Shown: piece after piece, positions 52,482 to 60,842 of the stretch
Layout of the letters: every line of letters starts with the position of its first letter
Numbering within the stretch: position 1 is the stretch's first letter
Source of the DNA: Deltaproteobacteria bacterium
Lineage (GTDB): Bacteria; Myxococcota_A; UBA9160; UBA6930
Reading direction: 5' to 3'
DNA: 64,000 bases
Assembly (NCBI GenBank): GCA_019312665.1
Contig: JAFDCZ010000001.1
Span: 40,098-104,097 of the forward strand
The notes under the pieces: model-generated
The model's input: only the letters and a program-made list of their open reading frames with translations
Database searches by the model: none
Told to the model about the DNA's origin: nothing
Made by a program: the position numbers and the translations under genes

Positions 52482-53063
52482 TCAGCCCGTCTGCCGAGCG
52501 AAGAGCCGGTGGAAGAAGGCTGCGACGGGCGCCCAGATGACGCCAAGGATCACGCGCAGCAGGGGAACCGACTCGTCAGCAACCGGGGCCTCTGACAAGG
52601 TGTCCGAGGCCGGCGCTTCCAGGGCCTGGCGCGTCCGGGTAACGAATTGCCCGAAGAGCTGGCTCGAGACGCCCTGGATCATTCCGCGTCCGACCTGCAT
52701 CACGCGGCCGGTGAGATCCACCTCCGCCGAGGTGACCACTTCGGTCTGCCCATCTGGGAGGGTGCGCAGCTCGGCCGTGACCGTGCCCTTGGCCGTGCCG
52801 CCGCCGGTCTCTCGACCCTCCGCCACCATGCACACGCGACGTGCCTGTTCATCGACATCGCGGAGATGCACCCGCCCGCGATAGCGCGTGGTGATGGCGC
52901 CCAGTTTGATCTTCACCGCGCCGTTGAAGGTGCGGGCATCGACCACTTCCTCCAGCACCGCTCCGGGCATGCAGGTGACGACGCGATGCGGGTCCAGCAG
53001 GAATTGCCAGACGGCCTCGATGGGCACCGCGACCTGGAAGGTCTCCTCGATCTGGATCGACAT
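52482..53063 (-). CDS. CoxG/SRPBCC-family protein with a C-terminal hydrophobic tail
   Basis: 193 aa. MSIQIEETFQVAVPIEAVWQFLLDPHRVVTCMPGA, LGAITTRYRGRVHL and VDLTGRVMQVGRGMIQGVSSQLFGQF. Tail VPLLRVILGVIWAPVAAFFHRLF. Confidence 0.8.
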   Translation of the reverse strand: MSIQIEETFQVAVPIEAVWQFLLDPHRVVTCMPGAVLEEVVDARTFNGAVKIKLGAITTRYRGRVHLRDVDEQARRVCMVAEGRETGGGTAKGTVTAELRTLPDGQTEVVTSAEVDLTGRVMQVGRGMIQGVSSQLFGQFVTRTRQALEAPASDTLSEAPVADESVPLLRVILGVIWAPVAAFFHRLFARQTG

Positions 53064-53086
53064 GGGAGGTGCTGTCGCCCCGCTAT

Positions 53087-53120
53087 TAACTCACAAGAAA
53101 GTAGCTTACTCGAGAGTTAG
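53087..53120. promoter_or_regulatory. AT-rich palindromic operator candidate in the divergent coxG / membrane-FeS-oxidoreductase region; second copy of the 7123-7142 motif
   Basis: AGTAGCTTACTCgaGAGTTA (53100-53119) matches the reverse complement of 7123-7142 at 18 of 20 positions. An extra TAACTC (53087-53092) pairs with GAGTTA (53114-53119). Confidence 0.35.
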
Positions 53121-53273
53121 CACGAGTCAACCTCCTTCCCCCACCGAACGGCCGGCCTCCCCCGGGGGATGTAGCCCTCGGACCTTGCGGCGAGACGTCG
53201 ATCGGCCGGCGTCGTACCGTGCCGGCCGTTAGCTTGCGACCCCCCTCTCCGGCTGGAGCGAGAAGGAACCGCG

Positions 53274-55349
53274 ATGGAGCCTACCCGCGAGATCTATTGG
53301 AACATCGTCGGTAGCGGGCTGCTCTACTTGCTCGCGCTCGTCGCGGTCGCCCTCTTCGTCTGGGGCGTGTTCCGTCGAGCTCGGCTGTGGCGCCTCGGAA
53401 CCCCCGAAGCGCGGTGGGACCGCATCTGGGAGCGCGCGAGTGGGCTCCTGATGGAAGTCTTCGGCCACCGGCGGCACCGGCGGCGATCGTTCCCGGCCCT
53501 CATCCACGTGCTCATCTTCTACGGTTTCCTGGCCCAGTTCGTGGCGACCTCGATGATCTCGCTGCAGGAGTGGTCGGGCATACATTTCCTGCGCGGCTCC
53601 TTCTACCAGGGCTACTCGCTGCTAAGCGACGTGTTCGGAATCCTCGCCATCATCGGCCTGTGCATGGCGCTCTGGCGACGGCTGGTTCTGCAGCCACCCC
53701 ATCTCCACTCCTTCATGGATGACTGGTTCAGTCTGGGCCTCCTGCTGGTCCTCTTCGTCCAGGGCTTCATCCTCGAGGGTTGCCGCATCGCCGTCACCGA
53801 GTTGCACCAACAGCCCGACCTCGCACTTTGGTCCCCCGGAGGTTATGCGGTGGCGCTGCTGCTCGACGGCCTCGGCAGCGACCCGCTGAGCGCAATTCAT
53901 CGCTCCCTCTGGTGGATCCACGGAACGACGGCCTTCCTCTTCATCGGCTACCTGAGTCATGGGAAGCTGGGGCACGTCCTCTACGGACCCCTCAACATCT
54001 TCCTGCGCGACCTCGACGGCAGCGGCAAGCTCTCGCACCCAGACATCGAAGCCGTGCTGGACAGCGACCCGGACGCCCTCGAGAACCTGGGCGTGGCACG
54101 ACTCGATCAGTTCACGTGGAAGCAGCTGCTCGACATGGACGCCTGCGTGAACTGCGGGCGCTGTGAAGAGGTGTGCCCGGCCCACTTGAGCGGCGCCGCT
54201 CTCAGCCCGCGGAAGCTCGTCCAGGATCTGAAGCAACACCTGCATGAGACGGGCCCCGCCTTCCTGAGTGCTTCTGCGGGATCGGAACCGGAACCGGGAT
54301 CGGAACCGGACCTGCCTCGGCTCGTCGAGCCGTCCTCCGGAGCGACACCTCGAACGGCCGTGACGGAAGAGGAGATCTGGGGCTGCCGCACCTGCGGTGC
54401 CTGTCAGACGGAATGCCCTGTCTTCGTCGAACACATCCCGACGATCATCGACATGCGGCGCAACCTGGTCATGACCGAGGCACGCATGGGCGAGGAGACC
54501 CGGCAGTTCCTCAAGAACATCGAAGACCGAGCGCATCCCTGGGTGGGTACGCCCCACGACCGCGAGGGCTGGTTCGCCGATCTCGACATCAAGGTGTTGG
54601 GGCGAGGCGACACTGCGGAATACCTCTTCTGGGTCGGCTGCACCGGTGCCCTGGTCGACCGGAACATCAAGGTCACCCGCGCCATGGTCCGCGTGCTGCA
54701 GGCAGCGGGTGTGGACTTCGCCGTGCTGGGCGCCGAGGAGTCCTGCACCGGCGACCCGGCGCGTCGGGCCGGCGAGGAACTCAGCTTCCAGACCTGCGCA
54801 AAGACGAACATCGAGACGTTCGAGAGATACGGCGTAGAGAAGATCATCACGACCTGCCCCCACTGCTTCAACAGCTTCAAGAACGAGTACACGGATTTCG
54901 ACGGGCGCTACGAGGTCGTCCACCACACCCAGTTGATCGCCGACATGGTTCGCAGCGGGCGCCTACGCCTCCGCGAAGAGCTGCCGTCCCTCACCTACCA
55001 CGATCCGTGCTACCTCGGCCGTCACAACGAAGTCTACGATGAGCCGCGCAAGATCCTCCGCGGGCTCTCCCAGCCCGGAGGCTTCCGGGAGATGGAGCGA
55101 AGCCGATCTCGCGCGCTCTGCTGCGGGTCTGGAGGAGGCTACGCATGGATGGACGATTCGGCCCCGGAGCGGATCAACCATCAGCGCCTGGAAGACATCC
55201 GCTCCAGCAAGGCAAGCACCACAGCCGTTTCGTGCCCCTTCTGCATGCAGATGTTCGACGAGGCCCTGGGCGCCAAGGATCCCGAGGGCAGCATCCGTGT
55301 GGCCGACATCGCAGAACTGGTGGCCGACGCCCTGGACGAGGAAACATGA
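53274..55349 (+). CDS. Membrane-bound FeS oxidoreductase: NarI-like heme-b membrane domain fused to an HdrD/GlpC-like 2x[4Fe-4S] + CCG domain (ETF:menaquinone-oxidoreductase-like)
   Basis: 691 aa. It has 5-6 hydrophobic helices in the first ~230 aa, with conserved His (IHVLIFYG, WWIHGTTAF). CVNCGRCEEVCP and CRTCGACQTECP. CCG-type region ALCCGSGGG ... VSCPFC. ATG follows GAAGGA. Confidence 0.85.
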   Translation: MEPTREIYWNIVGSGLLYLLALVAVALFVWGVFRRARLWRLGTPEARWDRIWERASGLLMEVFGHRRHRRRSFPALIHVLIFYGFLAQFVATSMISLQEWSGIHFLRGSFYQGYSLLSDVFGILAIIGLCMALWRRLVLQPPHLHSFMDDWFSLGLLLVLFVQGFILEGCRIAVTELHQQPDLALWSPGGYAVALLLDGLGSDPLSAIHRSLWWIHGTTAFLFIGYLSHGKLGHVLYGPLNIFLRDLDGSGKLSHPDIEAVLDSDPDALENLGVARLDQFTWKQLLDMDACVNCGRCEEVCPAHLSGAALSPRKLVQDLKQHLHETGPAFLSASAGSEPEPGSEPDLPRLVEPSSGATPRTAVTEEEIWGCRTCGACQTECPVFVEHIPTIIDMRRNLVMTEARMGEETRQFLKNIEDRAHPWVGTPHDREGWFADLDIKVLGRGDTAEYLFWVGCTGALVDRNIKVTRAMVRVLQAAGVDFAVLGAEESCTGDPARRAGEELSFQTCAKTNIETFERYGVEKIITTCPHCFNSFKNEYTDFDGRYEVVHHTQLIADMVRSGRLRLREELPSLTYHDPCYLGRHNEVYDEPRKILRGLSQPGGFREMERSRSRALCCGSGGGYAWMDDSAPERINHQRLEDIRSSKASTTAVSCPFCMQMFDEALGAKDPEGSIRVADIAELVADALDEET

Positions 55350-55795
55350 GCCGCACCCGGCCCGACGCGATGCTCCAGGAACTCGCCGATCGGGAGGCCA
55401 TTCGGGATCTCGCCTGCCGCTATGCCCACCACGTCTGGCAGAAGCAGGCCGCCGCTGCGGCCAGCCTGTTCACGGAAGACTGCGAAATGGACACGGGCGA
55501 GCCGCCGGTGATCCGAGGGCGGGCGGCGCTGGGCGAGACCTACAAACGCGTGCTAGGCAACGGCGCCTTCCAGCCCTTCGTCTCCAACCATGTCATCACA
55601 CTCGCCGGCGACGAGGCAAGCGGGACCTGTTACCTCGACCTGCGAGCCACGACCGACGGTCGCAGCATGATCGGATCGGGCTACTACGAGGATCGCTACC
55701 AGAGGGTCGATGGTGAATGGAAATTTCGGGCACGGAAGCTCCACATGTCATGGCTCGTCCCTCTCGAGCAGGGTTGGGCCGATCAGGCTTCCTGA
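55346..55795 (+). CDS. SnoaL-like / NTF2-fold protein
   Basis: Trimmed to ATG 55346, which overlaps the upstream stop as ATGA. LQELADREAIRDLACRYAHHVWQKQAAAAASLFTEDCEMD ... SNHVITLAGDEASGTCYL ... YEDRYQRVDGEWKFRARKL. Confidence 0.75.
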   Translation: MSRTRPDAMLQELADREAIRDLACRYAHHVWQKQAAAAASLFTEDCEMDTGEPPVIRGRAALGETYKRVLGNGAFQPFVSNHVITLAGDEASGTCYLDLRATTDGRSMIGSGYYEDRYQRVDGEWKFRARKLHMSWLVPLEQGWADQAS

Positions 55796-57075
55796 CCCGC
55801 GGCGGCCCGCTGCGCCGCATCCAGATCATCGCGCAGGCTCCGACCCGCGGCGTAGAACAGGATGCTGGAGCCGCCACCTACGATACCCACGAAGAGCATC
55901 GACCAGCGGATGGCCGCCTGTCCGTAGTCGTCTGCCAGCAGATCGTTCAGGAACCCCATCAAGAGCGGCCCGATTCCGAGACCAACCAGGTTGACGACGA
56001 AGAGGTTCACCGCTGAGGCCGTCGCCCGCATGTGCGGGACGACCAGGTTCTGGATCGTCGAGAGCATTGGCCCGAGGTACATGCTCGCCAGCAGATGAAA
56101 GGGAATGAAGCAGAGGAGCGCGGCGATCCTGCTCTCGAGCAGGACGAAACCCACGACGAAGGGTACGGCTGCTGCCAACTCGATCGCCGGCAGCCAGACG
56201 TACCAGCGCCGGTCGCGGCGCCCCAAGGCATCGGCCCAGCGGCCGCCCAGGTAGGCGCCGAGGCCTCCGGTGATGCCAATCGCAAGGCCGAACCACACGC
56301 CCACCTCCACCATTCCCATACCGTGGACACGCATGAGGAAGGTCGCACCCCAGGTGAGCACGCCGTAGCCCGACAGAGACATGACCGAGGTCGCGAGCAC
56401 CACCAGCACGAAGGAGCGGTTGCGCCCGAGCACGCGGAGCACCTGCCGCAGAGAGACGGCCTCATCCCTCTCTGGCGCTACGGCCGCGTCCGAGTAGCCG
56501 CGCGGCAGCTCTCGGATGCTGAATCGAACCAGCGCGGCCAACGGAAAGCCGGCCATTCCGATCACCAGATAGACCGTGCGCCAGCCGAAGTGGTGCCCGA
56601 TGTAACCACCCGCGAGGTAGGCCACCGCCACGCCTAGATAAACTCCGGAACCGTAGATGGAGAGCGCCGTGGCGCGCCGTTCAGGCGGGAAGTAATCGGC
56701 GAGGAGCGAGTGGGCCGGCGGGCTTCCCGCCGCTTCACCGATCCCCACGCCGACCCGCGCCGCTGCCAACTGCCAGAAGCTTCTGACGAGTCCGGAGGCG
56801 GCGGTCATGGTGGTCCAGATCACCAGACCCAGGGCGATCACCGAGCGACGCGAGGTGCGGTCCGCGAACCGTGCGATGGGGATCCCCGCGAACGTGTAGA
56901 AGAGGACGAAGGCGGGCCCGGTGAGGAAGCCCATGTAGGTGTCCGAGACGTCCAGCTCCGCCTTGATGGAGGGGAGCAGGATCGAGAGCACCTGCCGGTC
57001 GATGAAGTTGAAGACGTAGACGACGAAGAGCAGGCCGAGGACGTAGTTCGAGTAGCCGCTCGAGACGCGCGTCAC
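55783..57075 (-). CDS. MFS transporter
   Basis: Trimmed to GTG 57075, which overlaps the upstream stop as GTGA. FNFIDRQVLSILLPSIKAELDVSDTYMGFLTGPAFVLFYTFAGIPIARFADRTSRR and GVGIGEAAGSPPAHSLLADYFPPERRATALSIY. Multiple TM segments. Confidence 0.85.
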   Translation of the reverse strand: MTRVSSGYSNYVLGLLFVVYVFNFIDRQVLSILLPSIKAELDVSDTYMGFLTGPAFVLFYTFAGIPIARFADRTSRRSVIALGLVIWTTMTAASGLVRSFWQLAAARVGVGIGEAAGSPPAHSLLADYFPPERRATALSIYGSGVYLGVAVAYLAGGYIGHHFGWRTVYLVIGMAGFPLAALVRFSIRELPRGYSDAAVAPERDEAVSLRQVLRVLGRNRSFVLVVLATSVMSLSGYGVLTWGATFLMRVHGMGMVEVGVWFGLAIGITGGLGAYLGGRWADALGRRDRRWYVWLPAIELAAAVPFVVGFVLLESRIAALLCFIPFHLLASMYLGPMLSTIQNLVVPHMRATASAVNLFVVNLVGLGIGPLLMGFLNDLLADDYGQAAIRWSMLFVGIVGGGSSILFYAAGRSLRDDLDAAQRAAAGQEA

Positions 57076-57983
57076 GCGGCCGAGCCAGGGAACTTGGCGA
57101 TCACCTCGTCGGCGTAGCGCTCGATGGCTGCCTGCTTTACGGCCAGAGAAGGCTGCTGTTGCATGATGGCACCCACCCCCATTTCGGCCAGGACGCGCTC
57201 GCTCCATGGGGTGACCTGGAGATCGGTGACCCCCAGGTCCTCGAGGCGATGGATGTCGTCCACAGTCTCGGCGTCGGGGCAATGCATCATGACGTCGAAG
57301 GGCTCGTTCTCGCGCCCAAACTCCCGGCGAAATCCGTTCAGCTCCGCCATGAGCCCCTCGACCTCATCCATGGAGTGGATGACGCTGATCCAGCCGTCGC
57401 CGTGGCGCGCTGCGCGCCGAAGGGCGGGCTTCGTGGTACCACCCACATAGATGGGGATGCGCTTCTTCGGCACTGGCGCCATCGTCAGGCGGTCGAAGTC
57501 GTAGTGCTCGCCGTGGAATTCCACCATGCCGCCTCTCATGAGAAGGCGGAGGATCTGAATGGCCTCATCCTGGCGGGCGCCCCGGGTCTTTTTGTCCTGC
57601 CCGAGCCACTTGAACTCCTCCGGCATCCAGGCCAGACCCACGCCCAGGGCAACGCGATCGCCCGAGACCGCTGCCACCGAGCACAGGCTCTTGGCTTCCA
57701 GCAGGGGTTGGCGGACGGCCAGCCTGAGTACCGACGGGATGAAGCGGATGCGCTTCGTCACCGTAGCCATGGCAGTGATGGCAACCCACGGGTCCAGGAC
57801 CGGCTGATCGAGGGGCCAGAAGCGCTTGCCATCCGGCGTATAGGGATAGGGGACGGAGATCACCTCCGGAAAGAACGGTGCATCGGCAACCTGGATGCTG
57901 TCCCAGCCCGAGCCATCGGCGGTGCGGGCGAGATCCAGGAACTCGGCGGGGTCGACCATGAACATGTGGAATCCGAACCTCAC
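57072..57983 (-). CDS. Luciferase-like monooxygenase (LLM) class oxidoreductase, probable F420-dependent (Rv2161c-like) subgroup
   Basis: Trimmed to GTG 57983, 7 nt after GAGGAG (VRFGFHMFMVDP). IRFIPSVLRLAVRQPLLEAKSLCSVAAVSGDRVALGVGLAWMPEEFKWLGQDKKTRGARQDEAIQILR and IPIYVGGTTKPALRRAARHGDGWIS. Confidence 0.8.
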   Translation of the reverse strand: MRFGFHMFMVDPAEFLDLARTADGSGWDSIQVADAPFFPEVISVPYPYTPDGKRFWPLDQPVLDPWVAITAMATVTKRIRFIPSVLRLAVRQPLLEAKSLCSVAAVSGDRVALGVGLAWMPEEFKWLGQDKKTRGARQDEAIQILRLLMRGGMVEFHGEHYDFDRLTMAPVPKKRIPIYVGGTTKPALRRAARHGDGWISVIHSMDEVEGLMAELNGFRREFGRENEPFDVMMHCPDAETVDDIHRLEDLGVTDLQVTPWSERVLAEMGVGAIMQQQPSLAVKQAAIERYADEVIAKFPGSAA

Positions 57984-58206
57984 CGCTCTTCTCCTCTCTG
58001 ACCTGGGATTTCGTTCGTCGATGCCGTCGTGGCCTCGAAGATCAGCCCACGCTCGCAACCGGGATTTCCGAACCACCTCCTGGAAAACGGGGCCCTCTGG
58101 CGAAACGGCCGGTTGTCCATGCTTCCTCGACGTCGTACCGTATCGTGAATCGCATTCGCGGGCATACCCGACGTGCCGTCGCTAGGCAGACGAGAGGAAG
58201 AACTCC

Positions 58207-60195
58207 GTGAGCAAGACGCAGTTCGAGCACCTTTTCGCCCCACTACAGGTGGGGTCGATGCGAGTGCCAAACCGGATTTGCGAGACCACCAATACCATCA
58301 ACTCCTCGATGGTTCCCGGCGAAGTCGACGACAACTTCATCGCGCATCACGGTGCCAAGGCCCGCGGCGGTGTCGGCTGGATCGGTAGCGAAACCTGGCT
58401 TCTCAACCTCCCGTTTCCCCCGGATACGCCGGACGAAGTCGGCCTCTCGGTAGGCTTCGCCGCGCATTTCGCCGCCTATCAGAATCCGCCCTGGGTCGAG
58501 GGGATGAAGAAATTCTACGAGGAGGTACACGACGCAGGATCCGTCGCAATCGCTCAATTGACGCATCTCAGCTCGGTGTGGGCTCCTTCGTCAGTGCCCG
58601 TCATCGGAGCCCAGGACTACGTTCCGCACGCGATGGGCGAAGAAGAGATCGAGTGGTGCATCAATTCCTACGCCGATGCGGCGGCGGTCGCCAAGGAGAT
58701 CGGCGCGGACGGAATCCAGATCCACTGCGCCCACGAAACCCTGGCCTACAGCTTCTTGTCTCCGGTGACGAACAGGCGCACCGACCGATGGGGCGGCAGC
58801 GCTGAGAAGCGCACCCGCTTCGCGGTAGCCGTGCTGGAGCGAGTCCGCGAACGGATCGGTGACTCACTCGCGCTGGGTATACGCATTTCCGGCAGGGAGT
58901 TCAGACAGGGTGGTGCCGAGCATCTCGAAATGCGCGAAATGACCCAATACATCGGAGATACCGGCCTGATCGATTTCGTGGACATCGATGTCGGTCACTG
59001 CTGGGGTGCACCGTCCTACGTTCCGTCGTCCTACTACGATCATGCAGAGTTTCGTGAGGTAGGAAAAGCGGCACGCACCGACCTGGATCCGAAGATCGCC
59101 GTCCTGTTTTCCGGACGCGTCAACGACCCCGTCGTGGCGGAGCGACTGCTGAAGGAGGGGGTTTGCGATCTGGTGGGCATGGTGCGAGCAGGCATCGCCG
59201 ATACCGATTTTGCCAACAAGGCGCGCGAGGGCCGCCTGTCGGAGATTCGCCGCTGCATCGGCTGCACGCGTTGCATCGACGAGGCGTCAGAGCCCAGGAC
59301 CTTTCCCTACGCTCCCACCTGCTCCATCAATCCGGTCGTCGGCCATGAGCTGCGCTGGGAGGAGCAGTTCAAACCGGCGGCGACATCGAAACAGGTCGTG
59401 GTGGTCGGCGCTGGCCTTGCTGGATGCGAAGCCGCGCGTTGGGCGGCCATGCGTGGCCACCAGGTGACGCTCCTCGAGCAGGGCGGGCGACTGGGGGGGC
59501 AACTGAGAATCGCAGCCAAGGCCCCCGGGCGCGACGACTTCGAAGACCAGCTCTACTTCGAGGAAAACGAGATGGTTCGTCTGGGAGTCGATCTACGACT
59601 GAAGACCCACGCGGACATCGAGTCGATCAAGGCGTTGTCGCCAGATGCGGTGGTCATCGCAACGGGTTCGATACCACGCGTACCTCATGAGCTTCCCGGG
59701 TTCGACCTGCCTCATGTCGTGCAGGGCTGGGATGTGATGCAGGGCAAGGCCGCGACCGGAGACCGCGTTGCTGTCGTATCGCAGGAAGATTACTACGAAA
59801 CGCCGTGCATCGCCGAATACCTGGCATCCCAAGGCAAGCAGGTAGAGGTCTTCCACAAATCCCTCCATCTCGGCTACGAGATCTCCCGATATTCGATCGC
59901 CATGGTCCTGGCCCACATGGAGAAGTGTGGTGTGACCGTCCATCCAAACCTGGTCTTGAAGGAGGTCAAGACGGACGCCCTCGAATTCGTCTCGTCCTTC
60001 GGTGAGAAGACCTATCGGAAGGAAGGGTTCGACAGCGTGGTCCTGGCCTACGGATCCGTGCCCGTACACGGCCTGTATGATGAACTCGCGGCCGAGGGCA
60101 GCATCCCTCAGGTCTACGTGGCCGGCTCGGCGTGGCTACCGCGCTTCATGGCAGAAGCTTCCCAGCACGGCGCGAGCATCGGGCTGGCGATCTGA
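58207..60195 (+). CDS. Old-yellow-enzyme / 2,4-dienoyl-CoA-reductase-type flavo-FeS oxidoreductase (FMN TIM barrel + [4Fe-4S] + FAD/NAD(P) domain)
   Basis: 662 aa, GTG start behind GAGAGGAAG. LFAPLQVGSMRVPNRI, HCAHETLAYSFLSPVTNRRTDRWGGS, CIGCTRCIDE ... CSINP cluster motif and KQVVVVGAGLAGCEAARWAAMRGHQVTLLEQGGRLGGQ. Confidence 0.9.
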   Translation: MSKTQFEHLFAPLQVGSMRVPNRICETTNTINSSMVPGEVDDNFIAHHGAKARGGVGWIGSETWLLNLPFPPDTPDEVGLSVGFAAHFAAYQNPPWVEGMKKFYEEVHDAGSVAIAQLTHLSSVWAPSSVPVIGAQDYVPHAMGEEEIEWCINSYADAAAVAKEIGADGIQIHCAHETLAYSFLSPVTNRRTDRWGGSAEKRTRFAVAVLERVRERIGDSLALGIRISGREFRQGGAEHLEMREMTQYIGDTGLIDFVDIDVGHCWGAPSYVPSSYYDHAEFREVGKAARTDLDPKIAVLFSGRVNDPVVAERLLKEGVCDLVGMVRAGIADTDFANKAREGRLSEIRRCIGCTRCIDEASEPRTFPYAPTCSINPVVGHELRWEEQFKPAATSKQVVVVGAGLAGCEAARWAAMRGHQVTLLEQGGRLGGQLRIAAKAPGRDDFEDQLYFEENEMVRLGVDLRLKTHADIESIKALSPDAVVIATGSIPRVPHELPGFDLPHVVQGWDVMQGKAATGDRVAVVSQEDYYETPCIAEYLASQGKQVEVFHKSLHLGYEISRYSIAMVLAHMEKCGVTVHPNLVLKEVKTDALEFVSSFGEKTYRKEGFDSVVLAYGSVPVHGLYDELAAEGSIPQVYVAGSAWLPRFMAEASQHGASIGLAI

Positions 60196-60220
60196 ATCGA
60201 CGATCTGGGAGAGGCTCAAC

Positions 60221-60730
60221 ATGTCCAATCGCGAGAAGATGGAGAAACCGGACTTCCTGTCCGACGAAGACTGGGAGGTGCTGAAGGATCAAACCTCCTC
60301 GTTGGCGCGCATCCGGGGTGATTCCAGGGCGGATGTAGAGGACTACCTCGCCAACCCCGAGGGCAGGTCGACGGGTGCCGGTCCGTCGGGGCTCCCGACC
60401 CTGCTGCTGACCTGTGTTGGACACAAGTCAGGTGAGAAGCGCACCACACCCCTGATCTTCTTGCAGAACGGCGAGGAGATGATCGTCGTCGGGTCGCTGG
60501 CGGGTTATGACTCGCACCCCGCCTGGGTTCTCAACCTCAATGCCAACCCGGCGTGCTGGGTGCAGCTCGACGATAAGAGGGCGGCCGCCGTATCCCGTGA
60601 CGTCACGGACGAAGAACGGAAGGCTCTCTGGCCCAAGCTGACGGAGATGTTTCCGCCCTGGGGCTTCTTCCAGAAGCAGACCGAGCGCCCCTTTTCCATC
60701 AAGATCCTGAGGTCGACTGGCTCGGCATAA
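60221..60730 (+). CDS. Deazaflavin (F420H2)-dependent nitroreductase/quinone-reductase-like (DDN/PNPOx-fold, PF04075-like) protein
   Basis: Trimmed to ATG 60221 behind GGGAGAGG. LLLTCVGHKSGEKRTTPLIFLQNGEEMIVVGSLAGYDSHPAWVLNLNANPACWVQLDDK. Confidence 0.8.
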   Translation: MSNREKMEKPDFLSDEDWEVLKDQTSSLARIRGDSRADVEDYLANPEGRSTGAGPSGLPTLLLTCVGHKSGEKRTTPLIFLQNGEEMIVVGSLAGYDSHPAWVLNLNANPACWVQLDDKRAAAVSRDVTDEERKALWPKLTEMFPPWGFFQKQTERPFSIKILRSTGSA

Positions 60731-60842
60731 CACTGCGCCGCGGTTGAATGCGCTCGCCCAGGGGATCGACGCGCGAGATCCGCGGGTCCCTGTTCCGACC
60801 CGGGCGAACCCACGCGCGGAGGTAGAGAGAGCGGTGACGAAC

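Noticed and set aside
57984-58206. Direct repeat of GGGATTTC (about 57996 and about 58064) in the LLM/OYE divergent region as a regulatory repeat.
   Set aside because: An 8-mer occurring twice in 223 bp is within chance expectation and has no flanking conservation. Only the 58144-58160 palindrome is mentioned, and at low weight.
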